The notes under the pieces: generated by a model
What the model saw: the letters and a program-made list of their open reading frames with translations, nothing else
Told to the model about the DNA's origin: nothing
The model's database searches: none
In this document: positions 13,266 to 25,887 of the stretch, one piece after another
How the letters are laid out: each line of letters opens with the position of its first letter
How positions within the stretch are numbered: the stretch's first letter is position 1
Made by a program: the position numbers and the translations under genes
Assembly: GCA_000165425.1 (NCBI GenBank)
Contig: CT868385.1
Span: forward strand, 434,001-475,397
Origin: Paramecium tetraurelia
Lineage: Eukaryota
DNA length: 41,397 nucleotides
Direction: 5' to 3'

Positions 13266-16059
13266 ATGAACGCAACCATTATTTTAATTTTGGAAATAGC
13301 TCAAGGGATATGGTGGTTAGTGCTATGCTTAATGTTTGGATGGAAGAATTAAATTATCACGATAACTCTCTCTTCTTCAGCCATAGTTATACAATTAGGT
13401 TTATTAATTGCGCTTCGGAAAATGACCAATAATGTTCACCTCATAAGGATAACCTTGTTGTTCCTAATTAATACTATTGTTTATACTGAATTAAACTTAT
13501 AAATCCATTAGTATCTAAATCCATTTGCAAATCATACTAATACCCTTATTATTGTCTCAAATTAATATATCATTGATGAAATTGTTACTTTGTAAATTTC
13601 ATATAGACTTCTCAAGTTTGGCTACCCTTGCTACATTATTTTGAGGCTGTTTTCTGTTTTATTCATTAACTTTGATTACTACATTTTGGAGAGTATAATA
13701 GTCATATTCTTTATAGTCATGGGACATGAGAAATAATAATTACTTTTCTCCTTTAGACTCTCAGTCCAAGCAGATAACAACACTAATTTTATTAATTAAC
13801 TAAAACAATCTTAAAACAAAAACAAAAAACTCCAGCAATCCTCACAATTATTCATACATGATAATTAAAAGGATAAACTGAGTAATTTCAGTAATCAAAC
13901 TAATAAAAATTAATCCTCTGATTAATTCTTTGCAATTGTTGGTAATTCATTGAGAAAAAGAGTGACAGTTGATGTTGATAAAACAGAATCTTAATTGAAT
14001 GTTTTCTTTAATCATCTTATGGATTATTTTACCTAAGGAGTTGTCATTCTAAATTAATTCCAATAAATTTAATACATGAATAAAAAATGTTAAAGGCTCC
14101 TACTTTGCTAAGGAGAAGAACAAATTTTATATATGATAAAAGAATCTTTAAATAATACCCTTTTAAAAAATAAAAACTCTTTGTCAATTTCACCAACATC
14201 AAGAAAACTTGAAATGAACCAATAGATTTTGGAAGATATCTTTAATTAAGCTTCCAAAAGAAGATTATCTTTGGATATTTTCGATGTGCTTTTAAATTAA
14301 TAGAAGTACCTGGCATAATATTACCCTCGACAATGTAATTTTGATGGTGAGAATAGCAGTGCTCAGGATTCGCCTTATTCTAACAGAAATTCAAACCAAT
14401 ATACGTTTTATTTGACTTTCTAAACTGATAGACATATTAAATTAAGCATAATTCTATCATAATTCTCCAATTAATAATTAGATTCTATTATTTAAGGTTC
14501 TAAACCCTTATTTGGAGATTAAATTTAATAACCTTACATTTTTTTATTGATGAAGAATATCACCCATAAAAATCAAATTGAAAAAATAAAAAAATATAAT
14601 CAACAATCTTCAGAAATGTTAAACACTTTCTCCTTTGAATTAAGAACTCCCTTAAATATTATCTCATAAGTAGTCAGTATCACCAAAGATTTAACTATTG
14701 AGCAATAAGCCATTAGAGAATATCTTGAATTGATGTAATGTTCAAATTCTATTTTATATCATTCAATAAATGATATATTAGACTACTCTTCAATCTAATC
14801 AAATATGTTTCATTACAAATTCAATCTATTTCAGATTTAAGATGTTATCTAAGAAATTGAGCATATTTTTATTTAGCAAGTCAAACAAAAGAACGTTCAA
14901 TTCTCTACCAAAATATAGAGCTGTCTGCTTGATAAATAGATTTATTCGGATAAACAACGCATAATACAAGTCATTATAAATATACTAAATTACTCATATC
15001 ATCAAGCAAAATCAGGCGGAGAAATGTCTTTATCCTTATTTTATCTTGACGAATAAAGGATCTAAATAACAGTTCATCATAATGAAATTCTGCAGAATGG
15101 GAATAGTTAAGCGATTCCTCAATAGATTATTTTAAAAAATAAGGAAAATGATAGGTAATTTAACTTAACTTAAAATCCTGAATTAGGATTAGGATTAAAT
15201 CTATCTGCCAAATTAGTGTAAGGGTTGGTTGATACTAATGACAATTACGTTGAAATTGTAACTTGCTTATAAACAGGAACGAGTATTAGTTTTTGGATCC
15301 AGGATTTGGACTTGAGCTAATCTTAAGAGCAGATCTTCCTAAGAGGTTCATTAAATACTGGTAAATTTATGACTTGCAAGAAATCACGATCATTATAGGA
15401 TGACAATTTTATAATCCGTCGATATAGTGATTATATTGTCTAGGATGATCATTTTTACTTGCAAAAGAAGGGCTAGAAACCTGATTGCTTAAATTCAAAT
15501 GACAGTCCAAAGATCGTTGATGATTTAAATGAAAAAATCAAAGTTCCATAATAAAACTATTTTTAATTTAAATCTTTAGAGAGCCCTATTCTGGGAAATA
15601 AAACATTTTCATTTAAATATTCAACCTTGCAAACTCACGAATGTACCAGTTTTTGTAAACGAATTTTAATAGTTGATGATTAAGTACTAAATTTAATAGC
15701 ATTCAAAGCCTTATTAAATCATTATCAAATTTAGTGTGATTCAGCATATGATGGCAATCAGGCAGTATAAAGAGTAAAAGAGAAAATGAATACGCAATGT
15801 TAATTTTATGAAGTTATATTTATGGACATAGAAATGCCTGGTATGAATGGATTTGAAACATCAAAAGAAGTAATCTAATTATAAATATAAGATAATTAAA
15901 CAAGGAGGTAAAAAGCCAACAATCATCATGTGCTCTGCCTATGATACTAAAGAAAATATGAATTAAAGTGATCACTAAGGAATGAGTGAATTTTTACCCA
16001 AGCCAGTGAATAAGTTTGATCTTCTTAGGATTCTTAAAAAATATCAATTAGTTAGATGA
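13266..16059 (+). CDS. Hybrid histidine kinase paralog 3, predicted kinase-dead with intact receiver, ~923 aa
   Basis: H-box TFSFELRTPLN (Phe 14634-14636); N-box INILNYSYHQ; DxGxG replaced by VHHNEI; receiver ILIVDD...FMDIEMPGMNG...LPKPV intact; 22-nt intron 15870-15891; no frameshift seen. Confidence 0.9.
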
Positions 16060-16254
16060 TCAATTTAAATTTTGTATTTTTTAACTTATATTACTTAAAT
16101 GGATAAAAATCCATTATTGTTCCATTCTCCTGATGTTATTTTATAAATATGAACTAAGTTGTATTTAATAATTCCGAATCTGATTTATATATTATCATAA
16201 ACATGTAATTTCTATATTTTCCTTATTTTTTATATAAATATAAATTTTTTCATA

Positions 16255-17875
16255 TCACAACTTAGCTCTTTGCCTATTAAAAAGACCATTCATTGTGTAA
16301 TTTTTATTTTCTACTGGAAGTTTTTACTTTTCTACAATCCATTTTAAATCAGTGAAGTTACCACTCTTCCAAGATCTCAATAAATCAGTTGGTTCTTCAT
16401 CTACAGGTGGTTAGACATTTTCTTTCAAAATGAATTTCTAGAGTCCATAATGGAATGTCATCATATAAGATCTAATATTAGGCATCTAATTTATACCTCC
16501 ATTCCATCTCAGTAACATCTAATAAAAAGATCCCTTATTCATCCCTTGATAAACAATTCATTAATTATAAGACATTCTCTTAAGAAAACACCCATTCATT
16601 CCTATTGAAATGTTTGAAAGTCTTATTGATTGTGTCAGCCTTATCAATAACCTTAAGATAACGACTAGCGTTTTTCTTCTAACTTGAATTACCAAAGGTA
16701 TCAGCAAAAGTCTTTAATGCTAAGGCTCCCATTTTTCTCTTAAAATTCATATATCGATAATAGCATAAATTATTGTTAATCTCTATTGTACATGGTGAAA
16801 CTTTGACACTTGGGGGATTAGCATTCCAATATTCAACACAAGTATCTTTGGTCAATTTCCAAGGAGCAGGATTTCTCGCACTAGTGCCACAATGATAAAT
16901 TTAGAAAGTATTTTTATTGGCTTCATAGGCTCCTGCCACCAGAATCATATCAGATACAAAATCAACAGGGACTTGATCTGTAATTAAATTCTCCTTTCCT
17001 TTATAGATTTTGACTAATCCAATCCCTCCGAAAAAGATCACAGCTGCACCTCCAACCAAGTTGTCAATCTTGTATAACAATCGATATTACCCAGCCAGGG
17101 ATTGGATCCCTGAATGAACATCCTACTATTGTTGGTCTTACGATAGTGATTTACATGTTGGGTGGTCTCAATTATGCTAGCATTTACTCAGCCAAGTTTT
17201 TTGTAAATGTGTAAGTGTTTGGAAATTTGTCTAGGGCCAATTTTTATTATTTTTCATCGAAATTTTATGAAGATCTATAAAGAACCGAAACAAAGGATTC
17301 GACATCTTTTTATGGGTGATAGATCTTCTCCTCAATGAATCTTAGTAAGTCAACAATAAATTATACCCAAATTTATCACTATTTACATAGGCTGTGGATA
17401 CATGTATGAAATTTTCTAAATTTTTACATTACTTAGCTAACTCTAACACTTTTTGAACTCCATAATAATTGATTTCCAAAGCAACTTTAATTGGGGAATT
17501 GAAGTCAACACTGGCAGCACTATTTATGATAATATTGACATTTTCTATGAGCTCTTGTCTAACTTCTTTATCGAGTCCCAAATGAGGTTTAATTAGATCT
17601 CCATCGACAGGTTTCACAACATCCTCAATGAATTTTTGAAAGTCTGCTCCTTTTTGTTTACGAATTCTGTCAAAACATTGAGAGTTGATAATCTCTTTAT
17701 TAAATCTCTCAGTCACTGATTGGCCTTTCTTCGCCCTCACCAAGACGTAAACTCTCTTAACTTCCAAAACTCTTAAAATTTTCTCCAATATAACTTTGGC
17801 CACGAAGCCTGTGCAGCCAGATATTAATAAAGATTTTCCCTTATAGAAGTTAAGACAACTTATGTTTGTAGACAT
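16255..17875 (-). CDS. FAR: Fatty acyl-CoA reductase (NAD_binding_4 + Sterile domains), ~515 aa, C-terminal -AKL
   Basis: SGCTGFVAKVILEK, NSAASVDF, HVSTAYV, PNTYTFTKNLAE (YxxxK), VRPTIV, DQVPVDFV; introns 17341-17366, 17069-17090, 16472-16496; ends RQRAKL*. Confidence 0.93.
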
Positions 17876-17909
17876 AAATAAATTATATTAATTTTTATAT
17901 CTTAATATT

Positions 17910-18139
17910 TCAGAGCTGTCTATTAAAGGCTTCTTGATTTTCATTGAAAGCGAATCCAGCAAAAAGACCTGCACTCAAATTGCGGATAAATGTTCTTCTC
18001 TTGAAAAACACAGACGCAGCAGCTCCTACAAAGTATCCTAATTTGTGTTTAAGCCTGTATAGATACCAACTGCCGAATAGGTAACCAAATCAAAAGCTGT
18101 CTTGTTTAATTGAGTGTCTAATTTAAGTTGTCTATCCAT
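17910..18139 (-). CDS. MIC10: MICOS complex subunit Mic10 (66 aa)
   Basis: MDRQLKLDTQLNKTAFDLVTYSAVGYFVGAAASVFFKRRTFIRNLSAGLFAGFAFNENQEAFNRQL after removing 29-nt intron 18038-18066: two Gly-rich TMs flanking FFKRR. Confidence 0.85.
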
Positions 18140-18236
18140 TTTAATATAAATTTAATTAAAATGTTATTTTGTATTTACTACTAATTAATATAGAATATCA
18201 ATGAACTAAATAAAATATAAACAGTATAAATATTCA

Positions 18237-19190
18237 TCAACCAAGAATTTGTTTCTATTCTTCCAAGTCACTTAATTCAAATTTTTTTTGTTGGCACCTC
18301 CTAATTATAGTAATTGCCAATGACAATAAAATAGCCCATCCCCAAGCGAACAAAATATAGGTGCCTTCGAATCCATATAATATCCCTGGTGGTTCATACA
18401 ATATTTTGTCCGATTAACAACTATCCTCACAAGTATTACACCCACATTCTCCATGTAATTCATATCCAAAGTCATCCCAATAATGAATACCAGTCTCATC
18501 CTCAGTAGTGTGGCTATGATTGTGATTGCAAGACCAAATATCATCAAAGTAAAGTGAATTGGATTCTTAAAATTCAACCTTAATATATTATCCTCCTTCA
18601 CCACTTTAAGTTATTTATATTTTTATACACTGCTTATTCTCCTTAAAAAGTAAAGAATCCTCCTGGGCTGGCCATGGCAGAAACCTGAGTTGCAAATGAA
18701 GTTCTTTTGCAAGAGGAAAAAACCTCCTATTTATAATTTAATAATATTATTTATTACACATGCTATTTGTGGATGGACTTCTAAGGTTACCATTTACACA
18801 TCTAAGATCTTAGAAGAGTTCAAAGGGTCAGTCATATTCTATCTTCCAGAGATTTTCATGAATTCGCTCTGATTTGGAGAACATGTATAATGGCACCAGA
18901 ATCTCTTCATATTTGAACCACATCTATTTTGATATTTACAACTTATACATATCACAACCTCCTCCATCATTCCCAAAGGTGGCATCCAAAGACTTGAAAT
19001 CCTTCATCATTGATCGGTCTTAACTTCTTGTGCAACAGACTGGTTGATCAGAGAAAAAGGGACATGCTTCTACAGTCCCTATTATTTCAGGATCCCTATC
19101 AGTTTCTATTGGCTTGTCATTTTCATCCACTGTGAAGGCACATCGCGAATAGCAATAATAAAGAAGAATTAAAAAGATTTGAATTTTCAT
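18237..19190 (-). CDS. Stand-alone NPC1 N-terminal-domain (sterol-binding, Cys-rich) type I membrane protein, ~290 aa
   Basis: Signal-peptide-like start; CP...VCC...Q...GCDICGSNMKRFWCHYTCSPNQSEF...FSSCK...CGCNTCEDSC; one TM and short tail; introns 18924-18948, 18727-18757, 18604-18628. Confidence 0.8.
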
Positions 19191-20211
19191 ATAATATTAT
19201 TAATTAAACATAAAAAATTAATTGAGATATGAATATAATATATACTCAAAAAAATTCTAAAATTCTTTAATCTAAAATTTTATAATATTTATGAATGAAT
19301 TACTTATTAATTAATATCATATATCTAATATTCTTAATTAGTAAATTTGGTAATTGAAACATTGTTTTATTCATTTCTTGAAAATGGAGATTCAATCATT
19401 TTATTCTTCACATTATGATGCACTAATTTTTCAGAGTAAAGTTTAATTGTAAATAGAGAGATCTATAAAGGTATATTAACAATGATAATTAGTCAAATAA
19501 ATATTATAAGGAATATAAATTAAGTTATCAGTAAGGTATCTAAGTTCCAAGTTATGGTAAAATCCTAAATAGATGTGATTTTCACTTTTAAGTGCTCTTT
19601 AAAATCGATTTATCAAATCTGTCAGATTTAAAGATACATCACATAACATTAAGGGATATTTGATCACCCTAATTTATGATATCTTTGAGAAAACATAATA
19701 TTGGTCTATAGGAGTTAGTCAAGAATTCCTGTTTAGAAGGCGGATATTAGAAACAATTTCAAAAGAGATGATAATAGATTTAATTATGCATAAATTAAAT
19801 TTAGAATGATTGAATAAGTAGTCATGCATATTGCTATTAATTGAATTCTACTTCTTAAATTGAAGGATTTTCTAATTTATTACTTTATATTGAAAGGTAA
19901 TTCTTTAAAATAACATAAAGTTATGATCAAATTATTTGAACTCATAAATTTTCTATTTTTGGATGACGGAATAATTATATGGAGCCGTAATTCTTTTTTG
20001 TAAGTTTTTGAAAAATTGATTATAATATTGTGTTTGCAATTTAATTAGAGATAAATGAATAAATAGTGGAAATCTACAAGCAATTTTTAAGGAATTTAAT
20101 AGAGTTCTAAAAAGCCTTTTGAAGCACACTATCAATGTATATTTAAAAATTCATAATTAAAACCCCTTAAGTAAAACATTCTTAATTATATTTATATTAA
20201 TTTAATTTATT

Positions 20212-21220
20212 ATGTCAATAACTGTTTCAACATGCTAACAAATATGTGGTTCCCCGTTGAATAGCAGTACTGCAAAGAACTTGTGGACATTTTCTAAATC
20301 TGATAGATTTGGAAATTTGGCTAATCCAGTTAAGTACAAATGATTTATCTAAACATTATAGTTGCGGTAAAGCATTTTACGATTTGCCGAGTCAGATAGA
20401 AAAAAGAGCTGCTGGAATTGGAAAAGGAACGAAGTAAATCTCATAATTTATTTTAAGAACCGATTTTACAAAAGTGCCATTTGCAACTCCTTCTCCTTAA
20501 TAATACAACTTATCTGGGGATGTCGAAACAAATCTAAAAAAATAAAAAGGCAACAAGTTTGGGATGAGCAGAGAAAAAATGGCCAGCACCGGCATCCTAG
20601 GAAACTTAAATTTAAAAACTCCAGGTAAAATAAATTAACCCATCTTATAGCTCCTGGAACCTATGATTTGGGATCTACTTTAAGTGATATTCGATATTCA
20701 ATGAGATAGAGACCTAAAACAAATTTTATGGTCTTAACAAGCAAAGAAATACCAGGACCTGGAACCTATGAATCTTTGCCTGCAGTCAATGCTGTTGGTA
20801 AGTACCCTATTTCAAAATACAACAATTCATGTGCGACTTTATTCAATCCCAAGAACTCTAGACGCTTTGTTAAAGATTTTTGTAAATTTCTAATATCATT
20901 TTTAAGCAACCAACCTTTATGCTCCTGGACCAGGAACTTATCCAGTTGATAAGACAGGAATTCAGAAAGTAATTTTAATAATAATGATAGGATGGTAATT
21001 ACTTCATTTCTAAATTCCATTCCTCCAATGTCAGAAGTTTTCCCAAAGAATCTAGGAGAACAGGATCTGTTGGTAAAGGTAAATAAACTAAATTTTTAAA
21101 TAAGCAGGCACACCAGCTCCTGGTAGCTACAGATTGCCTTCCGAATTCGGCTACTACGAATCCAGGCACAAAGTTAATAGGAGTGCTGGAGATATGGGAG
21201 AAAATAAAGCTTAATAATGA
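20212..21220 (+). CDS. SHIPPO/sperm-tail PG-rich repeat protein (ODF3/STPG-like, probably ciliary)
   Basis: Repeats PSPQQY, PAPGTY, PGPGTY (x2), PAPGSY; about six tiny introns; TGA 21218-21220. Confidence 0.85.
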
Positions 21221-21292
21221 TTATCAAAATAACAATTAATGTATACATACACACAAAAAATATATAGATTAAAATTATTAATCAAATATAAT

Positions 21293-21793
21293 ATGCCGAC
21301 AACTATTGAATTGCTCAAGTGGTCAAACCTAATATCCTCCATAATGTTGATATTGATTGGAGTCACCTAAATCATATCGTTGTCTATCCTATTTTCGAGC
21401 GTTAGTTTTACTTTCTTCATGTCATTTTTCTTGCCATTTTTCTTAATGTTAGTCCACATTTTACAATATTTAGATTATTTGGAATTATGTTGTTTGCAAG
21501 TGGTTAAAAGATGGAATTTATGGACAACAATTTCAGATTTTTGAGTTCTCTTTTAGGAAGAGGCCTATTTAATATTTAGTATAGAAATTCCTCAATAATT
21601 TAAGTCTAGCTTCTTTGGCTGTTTATCAATTAGCAAATGCAGCAAGTGACATCATTGGATTCATTATTGGAGCAATGCTATTTTGCACAGGAGGATTTTA
21701 TTTGATTTTGCATTTTTGTGGAGTAATTAATACAAAATATATTTTGATTAGAAATAAGAAGATTTAACATCATACAAGCAGTAATTAGGTTGA
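21293..21793 (+). CDS. COPI-associated/TVP15-like Golgi multi-pass membrane protein
   Basis: About 4 TMs with NFRFLSSLLGRGLFNIYLASL motif; three tiny introns. Confidence 0.75.
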
Positions 21794-21862
21794 TTCAAAT
21801 TCAATGTTGGTCTTTATTTATCCATATAATTAATTTATCAATAAAACATATTTAACGAATAC

Positions 21863-23918
21863 ATGGATTAACACTCTTAATACTATTCCACTCAACAATT
21901 CTTAGAACCAAACAAAGACACAAACAAATCCTAAAGAACTAAATCAACTACAAACGATCTATTGACAAGCCCGAACATAGTATACATAACTAGGGCCCAA
22001 TAGTAATCTCAGCCTTAAAAAAGATTGGAATCTCAACAGCCAATTCTGAAACCTTCCTAATCCTCATACAACGTAAAGGAAGTAGTGAAGGTGATTGAAC
22101 CTGATGAATTAATCTTTTATCGGAATAGGTGTTCCTTTTAGGAAAAATAATTGTAGGACTTGTAGACTGAATTACATCGTATAAGATCAACAGCGTAAGA
22201 AAGAGTTACTTATATTGAAGATACACATAGAATTTAACTATTAGAAGCCAATTTATAATAATACCAGCAAGAATGTAATCGAATGAATAATCTATTAAGA
22301 GAGGCTGCAAACGAAACAGAATAATTAAAATAGAAAAACCTTCAATTATCTCAATAATTATTTTAGTTTCAGTAATAGCAAATTGAATTTGATAAATTAA
22401 AAAGGAATACTTAAGAAACAGATCAATATTGGCAAAATGAGATATAAAGATTGAATGTGTTAGTGTCTTAAAGTCAATCTTAGTTACACTAATTGTAAAG
22501 GACATTGATTGAGACAAAGAAATATGAATAAATGTATCATTAACAATAACCAATTTAAACTTAATTGGCTATGGAATTGGAAAGAACTTCATCAGTATTA
22601 AAAGCAAAGGTTGAAGAGTATGATTAATAAAAACAGACTTATATTAAGGAGATAGAAATTTTGTCAAGAAGAATAAAAGATTCAGAATCTGAACTTAAGG
22701 ATTTAAGAATTCGTGAGTCTAATTAAAAATAATCGATTGATGAATTGAGTAAGGAAAACAATTAAATAACTGAAAAGTTTATGAATGAAATTAGAAACAA
22801 GAATGATGAAATCTAAAAACTTCAATAAATTATTTAGACTTTATAATTGACCTTATAGGATACATCGAAGTACCAAGAGTATGAAATCAGATCAAAGATG
22901 TAAAATGAAGAAATCCATAATCTTAATTAAAGGATTAGAATAAAATAAGATGAAACAGATAAGTTAAAATAATAATTATTGATATTCCAAAGTTAAATTT
23001 AGGAATATCAAAAATATACAGAATACGAAATGAAATATTAAAATCTGGCATAAGAATACGATAGAGTAAATAATTCCTTAATGATCAAATTATAAGAGAA
23101 TGATTAGTTGAGGAATTGCATTTCTAAATTATAAATCACTTTGAATGATCATTACAAGATTGAAGAATATGAAAATAAAATAGCTTTATAGAGTTAAGAA
23201 ATCGATCGTCTTCATTAATGTGTATAAACAAAATGTGAAGAAATCGAAAAACTAAGTTATGAGAGCATGAGGGCCAACTCTTTATTAAGAACAAAAAATG
23301 ATGAAATTGATAGTCTTAAATATAAGGTTTAGGATACTTAATAATTGAAAGAATACTAATAGAAGGTTTAAATGTTGAATGTAGAAGTGGAAAGACTGTC
23401 AAGTTAATTGAGGAGTAAGAATGAGGAAATGGAAAAGCTCAGATAATACTTGGGATAGTTTTAATTGTAAGAGGCTAATAAGATATAAGAATTAGAACAA
23501 AAGAATGTAGTTTATTAAACTGAAATTGAGAGATTGAGTAATTTGTTAAAGGTGAAATTATCAGAGAACGAATAGAGCAAATAATAAATTCAATATTTAT
23601 AAGAAGAGAATGATCAACAGAAATCTAAATTATTGACTTAATAAGAGAATCAATAATACACTGAGAAAATCACCGTTTTGACTCAAGAGGTTGATTCTTG
23701 GAAGAATCAATTCATTAATCTTAATAGAGAATATCACAAATAATAGGAATAGTTAATGCTTTCAAATGCAGAGTTGGATACATTAAAGAAATAAAGAACT
23801 AATTCGTTTAAAGTAAATTTTAATTTAATTTTCTTAGCTGGATTCTTATGAGACTATGAAAGAAAACTCATCTCTTTCTGCCTTCTAATATGGTACTCTC
23901 ACTTTAAGAAATATTTGA
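21863..23918 (+). CDS. Long coiled-coil repeat protein (~676 aa), probable cortical/cytoskeletal
   Basis: Recurring units such as YENKIALQSQEIDRL and LEQKNVVYQTEIERL; one intron 23813-23837; spliced length 2031 nt. Confidence 0.8.
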
Positions 23919-23952
23919 CATTACTATAATTATTATAAAATAAAATATTGTT

Positions 23953-24813
23953 ATGAGCAATTTCGATAGTCCCTCAATGGTATTATCCTTTAATTATTAA
24001 AGAATTCTAAGTATAGCAGACACAAAGGTTATTTAAAATGGGAGCTTGCTAATAAAGACGTTAAAGGAGCTTTTGATGCTCAAGAGCTATAAGTTGAAAA
24101 AGGAGTCATATCAAGAGATCGACAAGCTAATTCAGTTATGGTACCTTCAAAAAATTCTGCTTAAGCATCATAACTTAGTCCAGAACCATCCGTAACAAAG
24201 GAACATGTCTGTTGTGATAAATTAGATGAATTAAGCTAGTAATATGTAAATAAATAAAATTATGTCTAGTAACTAATCATTAATGAGCAAATGAATAAAT
24301 TAACCGAATTAAATTTGCTCATACAGCAACATTCTAAATTATTAATTGATTCTTACAATTAAGGATTAGAGGATGCTAAAGCACAATAATAAAAAGAATC
24401 TCAAATTCTGGATAATAACCGATTGTTGAGAGAAAGGGATAGATAGATTCAAGAATGGGAAGAAAAATTTAATAAGGAGAAAAAATTTGGAGACGAAAAA
24501 GAGGAAGAGATAAGGTATAATTTTGTTTTCATTTATAGTGAGCTTGAAAAATAACTGAAAGCATTGACAACATAAGTTTAGGTAACAACAAGCTCTGCAG
24601 ATTTAGAAAATGAGAAAAATCAATGGAAAAATAAATTTATAACATTAAATAAACAGTTCAATGAAACAGAATAATAGGTAGTTGTGCTTGAAAATGAGAT
24701 TGATATGTTAAAATAATAACAGAAAAAAACATCAGTTAGGGTAAATCATTTATATTAAGTTTTAGACTACGACAAGAAGAAAAACAGTTACAAAGGATGC
24801 ACCACAACCATGA
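23953..24813 (+). CDS. Coiled-coil protein, paralog of 24974-25799
   Basis: Open after ~4 tiny introns; GYLKWE, HVCCDKL, LNLLIQQHSKLL, QWKNKFITLNK. Confidence 0.75.
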
Positions 24814-24973
24814 TAATTTTATATCACCCTATTATTTCAAAATATTTAATTCCAACAGAAACATAAAATTAGCTTAATCTTGCTCTATCTTTAAAAATAA
24901 TCTTTTCTTATAATATATCCTTACAATAATTAAAAATAATTACTTGAGTTAATGTTTAATAATAATTTTATTA

Positions 24974-25799
24974 ATGCAAGAATCAGAAACAAATTAAGTA
25001 AGCTAATTTGAAAGTGAAGATTAATCTAATCCAGCTTGTCCCAATAAACCTATAATTCCTTATCTTATTCAAAAAAGCTTTGTTTAAAAATCTGATAACG
25101 CAAGTTATCTAAATTGGTAATAGCCAGACTCAAAAAGAAATAAGTCATCTTTAGCTATGATTGGAACTACTTACAGTAAATTAAAATCGCGTGAATGCTG
25201 CGATTAGTTTGAATAAATAGCAACTGCTCAAAGAAAGGCTGTCCAAAATTAGATTCAAACAATGACTCAATTGAATTAGCTAATTCTAGACCATTCTAAG
25301 TTATTGGAAGATATGATAGGAAAGAAGAAAGAGGAAGCAGAGAAAAATAAATCATTATCTGATTAGTCTGATATTCAAAAAGAGGTTTCTGAAAAAGAAA
25401 GGAAATTTAAAGAATGGAAAGAGAATTGCGAAAAAGAAATATCATCAAATTAATAAAGGGATCATAAAATAAAGTAATATTGAATTAATAAGTTAGAGAG
25501 TTAAGGAAAAAGGCAGCAGAACTCGAGGAACAATCATAAAAGTCAAGCTATACTATTTCTTTATCTTAAGAAGTTGAAACTTGGAAAAATAAATACATCA
25601 ATCTCACAAAATAGAATGATGAAACATAAAAAAAATTAAAAGAATATGAGAATGAATTAGAATAACTGAAATAAAATTAGTCTTTGAGAGATAGCGGTGT
25701 TTAAGTAAGATAATAAATGTATGATAGTAATCAACAACTACTGTTACCACAACCAGAAAAAGAGGAACCATTAAGCTTGCAGAACAGATTTAATAATGA
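24974..25799 (+). CDS. Coiled-coil protein, paralog of 23953-24813
   Basis: SYLNWQ, RECCDQF, LNQLILDHSKLL, TWKNKYINLTK; introns ~25473-25495 and ~25704-25728. Confidence 0.75.
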
Positions 25800-25887
25800 T
25801 TAAAATTTATAGATTTCTAATCATTTTGAATAGATTAAATTGTTCTAATATTATTATTTTAATTCTTGAATTTGTAAATTAGTCCAA

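Noticed and set aside
19200..20200. Faint kinase-like words (DHPNL) in a 1-kb intergenic stretch
   Set aside because: No consistent frame or further motifs; cannot be told from chance
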